From: Haliotis rufescens
Lineage: Eukaryota
Assembly (NCBI RefSeq): GCF_023055435.1
Contig: NW_025963890.1
Location: 48,174,001-48,238,000 of the forward strand
DNA: 64,000 nucleotides
Direction: 5' to 3'
Positions 27,301-40,770 of this stretch are shown piece by piece. A program made the translations under genes and the position numbers. The notes beneath the pieces were generated by a model. The model made no database searches. It had not been told where the DNA came from and saw only the letters and a list, made by a program, of their open reading frames with translations. Numbering within the stretch: the stretch's first letter is position 1; each line of letters opens with the position of its first letter.

Positions 27301-30300
27301 TTGTTTCCAGTGGTAGTGTTGCACTCATAGAACTCGGGCCGAGAATGGAGTGGGCTGTAAAGCACCACTAAGAACCCTTCCGGCGGACTACACACCCTAC
27401 AAGGCAGATAAAATCAATATCAGCCCAAAACTACACAGGTAGGCATTAAATGCTTTGCCTACACCATAAATATAACTTAAAAATATGAAAATGTTCTCAT
27501 TTATATTAGCTAGTAGAATTGCCAGGTTATATTCCAGAACATGTAGCCATAAATGCTGTTAACACTTATAAAATTCAAAATTCATACGAGTAAATAACCA
27601 TTTGCAGAATCAGATGCATGAAAATGTCCCCCCCCCCCTCAAAAATGAAGGAACAGCAACTACCTTCTTCATATTGTATTTGTAATCCACATTTATCTGA
27701 TAATGACAACACATTGTTGGGTGTTTTATCTCCAGTCAGACATTAATAAGCAATGTGACCTACCTGTCTTGCAGGACCTTGTTATGGAGGTAGCGAACAC
27801 AGCTAGCCCACACAAATGGGTGGTGAATCATCGCAACACCGGACACCCAGCTGAAAATTTAACAACAGAACATACTTTACAGATCAGTAGGAATTTTCCT
27901 TACAAACCTAAACCAATTACCATAATGAATTATTAGTCCACACAATTGAAATAGTATTGGTCAGTAATTATCAGGCCCTTTTAATTTTTTACAATGTATG
28001 CAAGAACACACATTCTTTTAGTGTTAGTGTTTGGAGTTATCCATTTCAGATTTTCGAAGATGAGAGAGTAGGACAGTTCAATGGATGCCAGTCTTTGCTG
28101 TGAAGAGCACAGTAGATGAAAACAAACTAAGAATTTGACTTACATGCCAACAACTGGAAGATTAAGCACTTTGGGATCCGATTCGAGGACCAGTAACAGT
28201 TTCCGAGTGTGGTCCATTGTAAGGTAGCTGGCACAATCAAACATAAAGCATCAATAGCAGGCCAACAACAGTCACTGATTGTACAGCCACAAATACATAG
28301 AGGTTTACCAATATCATGAACTAGATATTGTTTCCAGCACAAGATATTACCCTCATCAGTAAGACATTAATACAATTTGTATCTGGTCATCTATGTTGTA
28401 CTGTCAATCTATGCTAGTTGTACTAAGAGACTAAATGGATCAGGTTGTCAGGCTTGGTCGACTGCCTGCCATCACCTGCTTGATGCAAGTTGCCAACATA
28501 CAGCTGGAATATTGCTGAGTACAGCATTTAACAACAAACCAAACAAATCTCATATCTCTTCTAGAAAGGTTTTTGTTGAACATAAATCTAGATTATTGCC
28601 ATACAATTCTTACACCGACATCTCACAATATGTACCTTGTCAAAAGTACATTAGAACAAGAAAGATCAAGTTGATGAAGGAAAAGTACATCCAACTTACC
28701 CACTCTTGGGAGTTCCCTGCACATGGCTGATACTCCTTGGACCTGAAAGGTTCTTAGACAGGGCTGTAGGTACAATGGGCACTGGTGCTATGGGAGATGC
28801 CTTGATGACTGTGTTTAATGTGACAACATCAAAGTCAAGGTGAGCGATGGACTGGTCCCCTCGACTGTAGAAGTTACACCAGCCCTTGGTGAGTAGGAAG
28901 TTACACACATCCACAGTCTCCTTGCTCTCACAGCGTTGTTTTAGTAACTGAAACAAACAAGAATGATAGATTAAATACTGAGTCTTTCCAAATAAACAAT
29001 ATGAAGATGTGATTTTGTATGAGATGAGGTTTTATAGGACTTGCATTCTTTCACTGCAATAACATGAGAACATAAATGAGACTCTCTTCAAAGGAAATAA
29101 GTTGTCCAGATTGGAAATGCTGTCTCCATGTACCTACCTTGAGTGCATTAGTATAGTCTTCCACTGAGCTGCCACCTCTAGAACCGCCATTAACACTCAT
29201 CTGCCACAACAAAGGGGAGAATTAGCATTAATGAAATCCACAATAAGACAATTTTACACACACAAAAATAAGAACATATAAGATATGAAATATGACAATA
29301 CAAGTGCAGGAGTCGATTTAACTGCTGGCCCATTGGCCCATGTCCAGGTAATATTACAAAGGGCTTGCTGAAATGTAAAGTACATGGCCCGTCTGGCTAG
29401 TCAAAATTTCACCGCTTCTCCATGTTGTGTCGTGAATCATGCAATTTTGATGAGAAAATATTTAGGGGCGATGAGTTCTTGTTAACTCAAAGAAAGATAT
29501 ATGTCGATCATCTCGGTGAAATGACAACCGGCCACCATTTTGTAACGTTGCATACAACATCTTTATTTGATCATAAATCCCCATGAAATGAGGCAACCGG
29601 AAGCCATGATTTAATGTAGTGCAGGAAAAGGCGTATCAGTGGTGCAGAGTTCTAAAATTTTCAGAGCCCCACTAGGTGGCAACTTGACCACAGGTTGGGC
29701 CACTTCACGGCCCCCACCATTTAGTTTTAGGCCAGTTAGTTTGGAGAAGGGCCAGTAACTTTTAATAGGAGCAAGCCCTGCTGGCTACATACAATTTTGT
29801 TGTTAAATCTACTGCTGAAGCTGACATAGAACTAACCTACACATTTTTAAAAATATAATTGGCAGATCAAGAATATACTGAACGGAATTAGCTGTAAATA
29901 TTTGCATGTACTGAACAGGTGTGACTTGGGCACAGTAAATCATATTCCTGGTCGGTTATTGTAGTAACATCTACATATAAAGGACATTACTCTGTAACAA
30001 TGATTCATTAATCCTGCAATGTGTTAATCCGGATGATATCACTAAACAGCACTGTATGGATTAAAAAGATGTCGCCATATTCCATAGCTTACCAGTATGG
30101 GGATCATCACATCACCAGGTGCCAGGTTCTTCAGGGTGGAAGCACTACTAGGTCGATTGTCTAATCGGTCGATACTGAACATCATACCATCTCCATCTAC
30201 AAATTTTTTTTTACAGATTTAACCTATTGGTACAATTCATTATTGGAGACTCTCAAAGAGTAGAACACTTTCAAAATGCAAAGAAAATATGTAACATTAA

Positions 30301-33300
30301 AAAATTCTTTATGGAAATCCAAGACAATAAAAACATATTCAATTTTCAGGATACATGTATATCCTTTTTAAAATATCAAAACACTCAAAGTAAAATTAAT
30401 TGTAGCTGTTCTATAAACTTGGACTGGCTTTCTATACAATGCTACAATGTAGGGGTGTCACGATAAATCGAAATATTGATATACTGCTATTGGTAAGCAC
30501 TTAAAGTCAATAAATCAATTGTTAAATCAGTTTCCGATCAATAGGTTCGATTTCATTTAGGAATATCAATAGTTTCGATTGTATTTACCATAGTTTTACA
30601 GTTTCAATAAAATACATGCAATGCTGTTCAAATTTGTCCTTCTTTTGATCATGAGTACATGTAGTAGTAATTTACACATGGTAATGTGGAAGTTTCTTTT
30701 TCTTAAATAATTAGGGTAAAGAAAAAACAAATCAGAATTATCTCAAACTTTACTTTTTATTTGTTGTTATGGTTATCACATTCTAAGGAAACTTAAGTTC
30801 CAAGGTTTATTCCAAGTCTAAAATCCATCTAAGATGATACACTGAAAACTATCGATATTTATTGCAATAGTTGCTTGCAATATCAATAGTTTCTTGCAAT
30901 AGTTTCTTGCAATATCAATAGTTATCGCAATAGTGATTTCCAGACCAATAGTCAGCCCTCTTTCAATGCTTAGAGTTAGACCTACCATCATCTACATTGA
31001 GGCTTCCAATCAGGACACAGTCCCGAGACTGACCACAGCTGATACACTGGCGGTGAGCAATTCGCAACACTTTTTCTGATAGACATATCCGGGGTTTCCT
31101 ACAAATACAGAATGTATGTTATATATACATTTCCACAGTACATGTAAGAAACAAACTATTAAACTTCAATTTCCTCATTCTGAAGCAGGATGTGTCTCCT
31201 TGCTTCAACTTAGTCTCTCAAACTTACTATTTAATGAAAAGGTTGCTATGTTAACTAAAGTACAAAAGAGCTCCAGATAAGCTTTTGGTGTTGTGGGTAT
31301 TTTACCCATGCATTTTAAAATCATTGGGTATCAGTAATTCTATTTGGGTATTCAAATTTCTGTTACCCACTAGTTTTTACACATGGGGGTATTTAAGTTG
31401 AATATTTAAAAACACTATTCATCTAGTCCCTGCAAACTGATGTCGTGTGGGTTCGAGAGCTTTATAGGACTCAAAAATACCACGATACTTCCACAAGAAA
31501 GTGGGATGGCAAATGATCATGATGTAACTGTCATCGTGGAGTTTGGCAAGGTTGACGGAATGCCCGTTTATAATTTCAAAATAAGTTGCTGATTAGCTAA
31601 TCGAATATGCAGGGTTACTTCACAATATTTTGATGATACGCACAAGTTTTATTTTTGTAGCGTATCTGTAATGTTCGTTGCGTATTTGATACACTTGGAT
31701 TTTATTTTGCTGCGTATTTCTGCATTTCTGATGCGTATTTTACGCAGATACTCAGCTTATCTGGAGCTCTGTACATGCATGCAAAATCAAAGTTCTATCC
31801 AGAGAAACACTACAATAGCATTACACCAAATACTGGACTTTATATTCAAAATGAAAGACTGCACCACATGCTCCATATTCAATTCTGTGTCACCTATTTT
31901 ACTGTTGGTGGCTCTAGATGCAACATTAATGTGATAGTTGCCTTCTATTACATAAGAATATTTTACATGCCACATGGTGTCTTTCACACTAAAAGTTATT
32001 CATCCATCACATATACTCTAAAACAGTAGGGGATCATGAAATATAAATGTCTTTATCAGCTGTCAGAAGGAATATCAGCTTTGAAAAATGACTGCCACAA
32101 AGGTTTCAGAACCAAAACCCAATGCCCTAAAAACACTGAGACTGGACCTTGCAATTCCTCCATGCATGTGAGTAGGAGACATTCTTGATATTGGCACTGC
32201 AGTGAAAGGCCATTATATCGCTCTGAGCAATAAACATTGTTGATTTTCATTTTCCACAGTAACACATAAGCTCTCTATTCTTTAATGCAGTATTTGTGAT
32301 CAGGGTCTGTAATGATATAGTGTGGGATCACTATGACTGCCAGAATGCCACTGCATATTGTCCTTGGAAGTGTCAGTGGACAAGTACTACTGAAACAACA
32401 TACTGGTGCCAATAGTTGTGTCGTTTATCATTAACGAATATTTGACCTATCGTGGCAGTAAGTCATGAACATACTGGCGCCAATAGTTGTGTCGTTTATC
32501 ATAAACGAATATTTGACCTATCGTGGCAGTAAGTCATGAACATACTGGTGCCAATAGTTGTGCCGTTTATCATAAACGAATATTTGACCTATCGTGGCAG
32601 TAAGTCATGAACATACTGGCGCCAATAGTTGTGTCGTTTATCATAAACGAATATTTGACCTATCGTGGCAGTAAGTCATAAACATACTGGTGCCAATAGT
32701 TGTGCCGTTTATCATTAACGAATATTTGACCAATCGTGGCAGTAAGTCATAAACATACTGGTGCCAATAGTTGTGCCGTTTATCATAAACGAATATTTGA
32801 CCTATCGTGGCAGTAAGTCATAAACATACTGGTGCCAATAGTTGTGCCGTTTATCATAACGAATATTTGACCTATCGTGGTGGTAAGTCATAAACATACT
32901 GGTGCCAATAGTTGTGCCGTTTATCATAAACAAATATTTGACTAATCGTGGCAGCAAGTCATAAACATACTGGTGCCAATAGTTGTGCCGTTTATCATAA
33001 CGAATATTTGACCTATCGTGGTGGTAAGTCATAAACATACTGGTGCCAATAGTTGTGCCGTTTATCATAAACAAATATTTGACTAATCGTGGCAGCAAGT
33101 CATAAACAGTTCTTGGTTGTTTGCACTCTTACAATACACCGCCAACATGTTCTGTTGATTGTCACGTTACACCTAGACCTTCCTTTTTCTTATCAATACC
33201 ATCACTCGACACCTCTCTGTATTTCTGTAATCATCTGTTATTTCCGACTATTTTCTACTACCTTTTTGGGAGACTATATGTCAAATGCATATACTAGTAT

Positions 33301-34117
33301 ATGTATCACTGTACGTGAATCTCCCCAAATGTGAAAAAACACAACATACCTGTACTGGGCAAAGTGAAGGTACACCGGTGGCCCAGTGACTGTGTGATCC
33401 CAAAGGATCACCTTCGTCTTTGGAAATTGTAACATTTGTAAATCTTCACATAATCTGCAATAATAACACTGGTTCAATCAGAACATATACTTCAAAATTC
33501 ACAACAAATCAGGAATTTGATAACACATTAACTGAACATGTTTATGCATACTTTGACATCAATGAAAAAGTGCATTCAATAAATATGTCATACCCTAAAT
33601 TAGTATTCAACAAAATATGACCAAAATTTGTCCGTGGTCCAAAGGACCAGCATAAAAAAAAATCAACTTGTCCTGTTGGATCTGTACTGGACACAATGGT
33701 GCTTAGACTTGATCTATTGTTGATTTCAAAAGTTGTACAAACGTAAATTACTTTCTTCATCCCCAAAAACCACCATTTATTTAATGTTACTGGTCCTTAA
33801 AAAAATGAACTAGACTTGGACAAGCGGACCAGTGTTAATCTCAAGCACTGATTTAAACCATTCTAATTTCACTTATCTCCTTCCACATAAATGTTCCCCA
33901 TAATTCTATATAACAGTGTTCTTGAGCTTGATGTTCATAAACCAGATATGAAGTCAATAAAGAGTGACAGGGACAACAATTGGGGCACTGCTACTTACTC
34001 TTGACTACCATCCATACATTGCTGTCTCTGAGCCCGGGGCTCCACTTGAGGGTAAGGGAAGCCATATTGTGCCCGGATGTGTTCGGGCATGTTCTTCAAG
34101 CGGACAGGGACAGCCAT
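15332..34117 (-). CDS. STIL: STIL centriole assembly protein (SAS-5/Ana2 family), 16 coding exons, ~1388 aa
   Basis: Exons in minus order: 34117-33999, 33454-33350, 31098-30986, 30196-30093, 29200-29138, 28947-28700, 28227-28144, 27850-27764, 27396-27249, 26562-26453, 26103-26010, 22457-20746, 20279-20198, 18165-18097, 17463-17276, 16172-15332. Phases are consistent and the sum is 4167 nt; two acceptors (26562, 26103) have in-frame alternatives nearby. STIL_N motifs [23 protein letters not shown] and [24 protein letters not shown]-binding PRSMPAPH, coiled coil [27 protein letters not shown] motif [17 protein letters not shown]...[12 protein letters not shown]-terminus [13 protein letters not shown]. 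Confidence 0.93.
16325..16956. mobile_element. Tc1/mariner(pogo)-type MITE
   Basis: TA-flanked imperfect TIRs CTGTATATTCTTGATTACAGTGCGCAC / GTGTGCACTATACTCAAGAAAATACGG. Confidence 0.7.
18527..18892. mobile_element. MULE-type MITE with ~90-bp TIRs
   Basis: TIR CAATCTCATTAAAATCAGATCTTAGTT...CCCATTACGGGTCACGTCAGAACG with its reverse complement at the right end, and a perfect 10-bp TSD TGATCTGTTG. Related copy at 47100-47675. Confidence 0.9.
22540..25908 (-). mobile_element. Decayed DIRS-type tyrosine-recombinase retrotransposon in a STIL intron
   Basis: Inverted termini AGGTCCAGCTGAAGAAA / TTTCTTCAGCTGGACCT, and an internal inverted repeat GTAATGCAGGATAA...TTATCCTGCATTAC (22686-22762). YR remnant [10 protein letters not shown]...[18 protein letters not shown] (23474-23689). 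Gag-like Cys/His remnant [18 protein letters not shown]...C (~24710-24800). Frameshifted, and RT is largely missing. Confidence 0.8.
25167..25730. mobile_element. Tc1/mariner-type MITE nested in the DIRS element
   Basis: TA-flanked TIRs CTGTAAATCGTGAAATTAATGCG / CGCGTTAATTTCAAGATTTACAG. Confidence 0.75.
26819..26982 (-). mobile_element. SINE family A, full length
   Basis: 13-bp TSD TGATCATGAAAGA, tRNA-like head, (ACTC)n tail. Confidence 0.9.
27040..27185 (-). mobile_element. SINE-like family D, degenerate
   Basis: TCAACCAAGTCACCGAGTCTGACAACCC and a (TTTG)n tail. Another decayed copy lies at ~28425-28545 (+). Confidence 0.6.
29307..29817. mobile_element. Non-autonomous DNA transposon (CAG...CTG ends)
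   Basis: Imperfect TIR CAGGAGTCGATTTAAC / GTTAAATCTACTGCTG. Confidence 0.55.
30450..30960 (+). mobile_element. hAT-type non-autonomous element
   Basis: Termini TAGGGGTGTCACGATA...GTCAGCCCTC, subterminal GCAATAGT repeats, and a degenerate 8-bp TSD (CTACAATG/TTTCAATG). Related to 52945-53835. Confidence 0.65.
31266..31771. mobile_element. Second copy of the 2842-3312 MITE, inverted
   Basis: TIRs AGAGCTCCAGATAAGC / GCTTATCTGGAGCTCTG with flanks TACAA/TACAT. The internal sequence is the reverse complement of the first copy. Confidence 0.85.
32397..33107. repeat. 71-bp minisatellite, ~10 copies, in a STIL intron
   Basis: Unit AACATACTGGTGCCAATAGTTGTGCCGTTTATCATAAACGAATATTTGACCTATCGTGGCAGTAAGTCATA. 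Confidence 0.95.
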
Positions 34118-37100
34118 TGACAGAAAAGGCTGAAACAGATCACAACAATTGTCAGCACTTAAATGCCAGTTAGCACCACACCTTTCCCTAATGGTCTGAT
34201 GGAAGGGAAAGTGTGATACACAGAGGCTTGTATCCAGGACCAGATAACACATTGCACTTACTTCAGGTGAAAATGTAATATTTGTAACACTGTTGTGAGC
34301 ATGGTTATTTAGGACATGTAAAGGCATAATTAGAAGTAACAGTTTTAGTCTACTAGTCCTTATAATGATAACATATAGCAAAACCCTTAAAAAGGATAAT
34401 TTATACTAGTCCTCAAGATACCTTAACTATTAGGCAGTTTGGCAAGGACAATAGGACTGGTGCCAATTTCTAACGCTGTTAAAAGTGTATAAATGTATAA
34501 GTTTATATTAACATAATGGTCCTGAAGAACTGCTTCATAAGTCATTGATAAATCATAGACTTCTATGTTTGGTTCCTTAAAAACAGTGGAAAAGTTGAAA
34601 ATGCTTATTTTGTTATACAAATGATCGAATTATCCTGAATGATATCAATGTTTTAGATCTTAAATATAATCCTGCACAAATAGGATTTCTTCAGAAATCA
34701 CAAAATATCTTTATTACATATATACATGATATAGATTGTGTAGATATATGCTACAAGATTACTGTTAAAGGTGAAACCATTAGCAGTTACTGGTGAAAAA
34801 CAGCAAAGATTTGCCCATATATGAGAATTGGATGACACTGGGGCTGGTTGTGGAATGTTGAAATCTTTGAAATGCTTCACAGACACATATCATCTAAGAA
34901 TGAATGGAGTCAATTATACAAGAAATTTACCTGTCATGAAAATCGACTTTCATAGAATTGGAAAATCATGATCTTTATGATTTCATGATGAGGTCCTTGG
35001 AAGGAACCAGGCACCAACCAATCATTAATTGTTTAACAAGAACAACACTGACAGACATTAGCTAATCTTCACAGATCAGAGGAAGATATTTACTTATCTA
35101 TGACTTTGGACTAATGTCAGAACATGACATTTATTTGAAACACAACTTTCTGCTCAAAATATTCACTGGCACTTATTTTGCAAAGACATGGACTTAAGCA
35201 AACTTTTCATTAGATTTAAGTGTTGTTATTTTAGGGACTATTATTGACAGACCTTACTAAACAAAACAGAATTTCACATGACTTTAGCTTTGGACTACTG
35301 GTTAAAGTCACAGACTGCGAAGGTAATAATTTCCCATTTCTTATACTCAAGCTCAAAGCCTTATACACAGCGAAGGGTACAAAAGGTGGCTACCATGCCA
35401 CACATTCATACTGCCACCTCCCATGTGGCCAGTAGCCTAACACAGCATATCTCAAACCATACTGACTGCTGGGCACCCTTTGATTCAATAGTCATTTATT
35501 CAACTACAAATAGTTCTTTCAGCGGGATAAAAGACGTTTGCACAATTATGTCCATGAATGCTGGCTCACTTAATGTGTCCACATGCTAGTCATTTGACTG
35601 CATGAAATACAAATCAGCATGTTGGAACAAGCACATACTAAATTCATAAAAGATAATTTGCCTTAAAATGATAGAACTACTTAACAACACAATCAAGCAG
35701 CATACAAAGCTTAAATAACTACAATTGAATTCTTATGGGTCGAGTGAATTATTACCCCTGAAATGACAGGTCAGGTTCAGAAATGACCAGGTGATCTTTT
35801 CATTTTTGTCTGGGGTTAAGGACTGGACCCATTAAACTGGGCATAACTTCGTAAAATCATAAATTATCAATGAAGTAAACTGACAAACAGCAGTACCAAG
35901 TATAAATAACATGATAAAATACATATTCACATTTGCAACTGCTTTTAAGTATACCTTTTTGTCATTCAGATTCCCCATCTTTTTCAGTAGATTTTATGTA
36001 CTTCTTTAGTATGGGCTGTGACTGTCAGAAGCCATGGATATATCTAGGATTTACAAGTACGTGCTGATGCCATTGGTGGGAGCAAGGTGCTATTTTTTCC
36101 AAAATTTGGGGAAAAAGTACTCCAATGTTCCTTTGTTTTATCCTTACACTAATATTGTCTTTTTATCATTGTCTTTCTTGCTCCAGGTCTCAGAAGAAGA
36201 AAAAATAAGTGAAAAAAATTAAAAATATTATTGAGGAATTTCCAAATTACAATTTGGATTCTTTTAAAACTGACATCTGCTTCTGAGGTTTCTAAATTAC
36301 CAAACAACCTGAGCGTACTAAAACCAAATACCTGGTACATTTTTCTTGACTTATGCATTGTACTAGTGGCTAAAGATGCAAACTGCTTTCACAGAATATC
36401 ATTTTTTCTATCTAAAAACACCTAATATTTTTCAGTCTGAAAGGAGGTACCATTATCCTTTTTTTTTATATAAAATAAAACTTACCACATATTTACCTTT
36501 CAACCCAAAATACTTGAGTGCTAGCAAGGGTTTTCACAGAAAAAAAGACTGCACAAAAGTGCAATCATAATCAGATTGCCTTTGAAAGAACAGAATTAAC
36601 AGACCACGCAACAAGTCTTGATAGTGAATTAAAGCAGGCCATGAAAAACACAGTAGGCTAGTTAATATGTTTGTTGAAAAAGGTACATATCAAGGGCTTT
36701 ACGTAGGAGTACTAATCTTGTCTGAAAAGACAGAGAAAATCTGTGTAGGTTCAATAGGTCTCTGATTGTACTAAATCTGATTACAGGATTATGTTCCACT
36801 GCTATTGTAAATGTTCTATTCATAAGCAGATAAAGCCTGGTGCTAGCAACTTAGCTAGATGTATACTACTCTATAGGCCTCTCAACTAATCACATCAAGC
36901 TTCCAGCACAGGATGATAGCCCACATATTTTGGCATGTTTAGATCATGTTGACTAACTGCATTCCAGAAAGTTTAGTATATTTTTTGTGCCATTGTATAA
37001 TTGTAACCAAAGGTATAGGCAAACATGAAGATTTGTTTATGACATAACATGATAAAGGCCTGTCCTATCATATGATAAACTTTTCACATTTCTATTTACA

Positions 37101-40100
37101 AGATTTTAGATGTTCAGCACATTAGAAACATGTCTCAGGAATGTCATTTCTACTCTATTCATACAGGGTCATGATGCAGAAACATAAGAAAATGTTATCT
37201 TAAATTACAACTTGTAATAATTTACCAGGAATAAATTATCACAATTTGAAATACTGTTAATCATGATGAAAGACAAAGCATTGAAACAGCATCTAAAAAA
37301 ATTAGACATTGTTATCAAAAAGTCATTCCATGTCTTCTTGTTTAACAGTCTTCTAAATGCCAATTTAAAGACATGAAATACCAGTACTATATTGTTGATG
37401 AATAGAAAATGAAGCATGACAGTGCTCCAGATAGATGCCATATCAGTGTATTATACGGATGAAAAAGTCAAATAACGACGGATTGCAAATTACAACCATA
37501 TCAAACATGATCAAATACGGGGCAAACAACATGATACGCTCTCATGATTACGTGTTACCATATCTTGTCTATTTATTCTCAAAAACGTTCTTCAAAACAT
37601 TGTTAATCTTATGTTCACTGTTATCAGGCATTACCTTCAACTTAAACAGGAATACATCATTTTGTGTCGGCAGCATAAGGATTTCCTCCCATTCATGCAT
37701 TTTTCCTCCCATTCATGCATTTTTCCTCCCGATCATGCATTGTCATTGGCTAATAATAACGCACACTAGAATTCTCTCGTCTCGGTTATGTTTACATTAG
37801 TTTGGCACCAGAATGTGAATGTACAACTATTAGTCTTTGAATGATGATGGTGCAGTATCATACCAGCATTTGTCAATTCTACAAACGAGCAGTATGGTTC
37901 TTATTGGCATGAAAATAACTGCCTGGTACTCAGTTCTGATAATGACCAGTACTGTAGGTATGGTTGAAACATTATCTGGAGCACTGTATGAACATAATCA
38001 TATCTGTATATCTTTGTCCCATCTTTCCATGCATAAACAGGTCAAACATGTATGCTACTGAATACTTGGAATTATTCCATCCCGCAAGTTTTGTTTTTAA
38101 CTAAAGTCTTTTGCATAATCCAATGTTTTCATACACTTCTTCAATCACTGGACATTCTATCACATGTTGAAGGCAACAGTACTGATGATCAAACAGTTGT
38201 CTTGAGTTTCGGACAATACTGACCTTGCTCAACTGTTGACTGTACATTACAGTGCATCTTGCTCATCTTTTAACAGAACAAGTATAAAGAAAACATCTTT
38301 GATAACTACTTTTCACCTAGCATGCATAGTCAACAATCTTTATCAAGATACATGAAGATACATGCTTTTAAAGCAAAGCAGACCATAAACTGTTGTGATA
38401 TGTTTACAAATACTGATAAATAGAAAGGTTTGTTTTTCATTGCCTGGATAGGTCAAGCATGATGTGGTGTGTGACATAACTTTCTTGACAATAATAAAGA
38501 ACAGATGTGATTGGCAAGATGTATTTTGCAGCTTCTTATTTGTAATGAGACTTTTATTTGTCATGATAGATATATCAATGGAAGATCAGCAAATTTAATC
38601 TTTAATATCAAGTTTCAAAGTGTTTCCTTATGGGATTGTAATATGCAGGTGCAAAGTGTTTCATGATATAATATCCTGCTAAATGTTAGCAATTTAAACT
38701 TGCATGCTAGCCTTTGGCTAGTCAAAATTGCAGAGGGATCTACTGAGTTTGGAGATGATTTTGTTCAGATATTCCATGAAGCTAGTTGTGATATTTACCA
38801 ATTTTTAGAAAACACACATACCACCTTCAGTAAACAAAAAAATATATTAAGCTAGTACATTTTCCAACAAGTAGTTCTGATCATGCTTATGACAAGTGCA
38901 GTTTTCAATTTCAATGTCAACATCAAGTTCAACAATACTTATATTAGTATTTAATTTACAGGTTTGTGTATTTCTACTAGTTTTGATTGTTTACAAAATA
39001 GAACTGCAACATCTTTTGTTGAATCATTGACTTTACTGTACATAACACAGGATGAAAGACCTATGTTAAAATGAATCTGCATTTGTAATATTTTTATTGT
39101 TTAATTTGAAAAACTATTAACATGATTAATGAATTTGTCCCTGTTCCACAAAGTCAACAGTATGATTCTCATATGTCCATTTTAAACGAGTATCGGGCTG
39201 GCATGGAATAGGATCCATATATTTCACAACAGCAATGACATTGTGGTTAGACGATAATTATTCAATTTACTACTACAATCAATGATGACAAGTAACAACT
39301 AAAAAACAGACGTTTCATATTGAACTTCAAATGTTGCATACTGGTGAAGCCAGCTGAGCCTTCAAAATTCACACTTGTCTGAGCCCAAGACTACTACATT
39401 GTGCCAAGGACAATTGGAAATCCAGTGATCGTAGTCCATAATGACAATTAATATTTGGGGTGTTTCAATCTTCACCAATCCTCCATACTTTAAACTTAAT
39501 ACAAATTGGTTTACCTGGACTTGATACAATATCTGAAGAATTGTGGAATAGTTTTTGCCCTAGTTCTCTGACCTCGTCTTTCAAAACATTTATTTGTGAA
39601 ACATCATCAAATATAACAGTATATATTTGAATTTGGTAATTAATCTAATGTTCTTATGCATTTTAGCAAGAGTAAAACAATCTTCAATAGATATAGGACA
39701 ATATGAATTCCCTTTCAGTTGTGTTGGGAAAAGCAAATCACTCGAAGGTCTGAGGCAGCGAGTGTGATAATGTGAACTGACGAACATAACAGAAATACTT
39801 AAATTCAGTTCCTCAAATCGATAAACCCCTTTGGTACGGTAGCCCCTTGGTAAGGATTCATATTAAGTCCTTGTCAACTTACCTTTCATAGTATTTGTAA
39901 TGTAATCCAAAGCCACCGATGGACTCCTAGCTTGTAATTACGCATCCATGATCCTCCCTAGTGGAATGATGCACACCAAACACACTTAATTGGTGTAACA
40001 TGATCATTGATGACTGTTGATGAGCAACTTTGACATATATGAGACTTGAACATGAACTATTCACCCAGAGCCATTCAGTATATCCAAATGTATTATGCGC

Positions 40101-40683
40101 AATACTAGTATTTCAGACTTACTTCAAAGAGCATTTTGTCAGTTGATTGAGTGTTGTACAAGAAAACAAACGTGATTGAATAACCAAAAAATGTCAACAA
40201 TAGACATAAAACAATATCAAGTTCCTCACATGCCGATGTCAATCTCACGCCGGCCAATACCACTCATGGAAACAGAACACGCCCCTACATGTTTTGACAG
40301 CGTCCCGCGAATGACTTTACAACTAACATGTGATTACTTGATCTTGACATATGTAGGGTCATTCAACTGGTGTAATTTCACATGAATTCTTAGACCATTA
40401 AATCAAACATCATTCAATATCGGAGTTTAAATTACGACAGATGCAGAACACTAACGATTGCAGTCGCTGGACCTTTTGAAGTTCCCACGCGTTGACAGGT
40501 TTCTGTACGTTTGCAGTCCGTACAGACGATTATTTTATGCCAGTGATTAATCGGAGCAGCCACCAAAACGTATTTCAAAGTAACATGATTCTTTATCACA
40601 TCCTTAACTGCACACATTTCATGATAAGGAACAGTTAATGCATAAGTGTTCTATATGATTAACAACGCATTGCCTGCACTCAC

Positions 40684-40770
40684 CTGTAAACATCAACATT
40701 GGCGCTTAGCAGTCAAACCATTTCCTCACTGCGCATGTCGGCCACTTGCCTCGTTGTAGATTTCAAATCA
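40684..40770 (-). promoter_or_regulatory. Candidate STIL promoter and non-coding first exon
   Basis: Strong donor CAG|GTGAGT at 40684/40683, an NRF1-like TGCGCATG (~40730), and a CHR-type TTTGAA on the minus strand at 40762-40767. The STIL ATG exon has an acceptor at 34130-34132, so an upstream UTR exon is required. Confidence 0.45.

Noticed and set aside
32397-33107. Possible CRISPR array or repeat protein (ORF 32802..33098)
   Set aside because: Head-to-tail 71-bp units with no unique spacers; intronic minisatellite.
39716-39800. Hairpin containing GAAGGTCTGAG, reminiscent of RNase P CR-I or an H/ACA hairpin
   Set aside because: No complementary CR-V/P4 partner or convincing second hairpin with H and ACA boxes was found, so it is not supportable without a covariance search.
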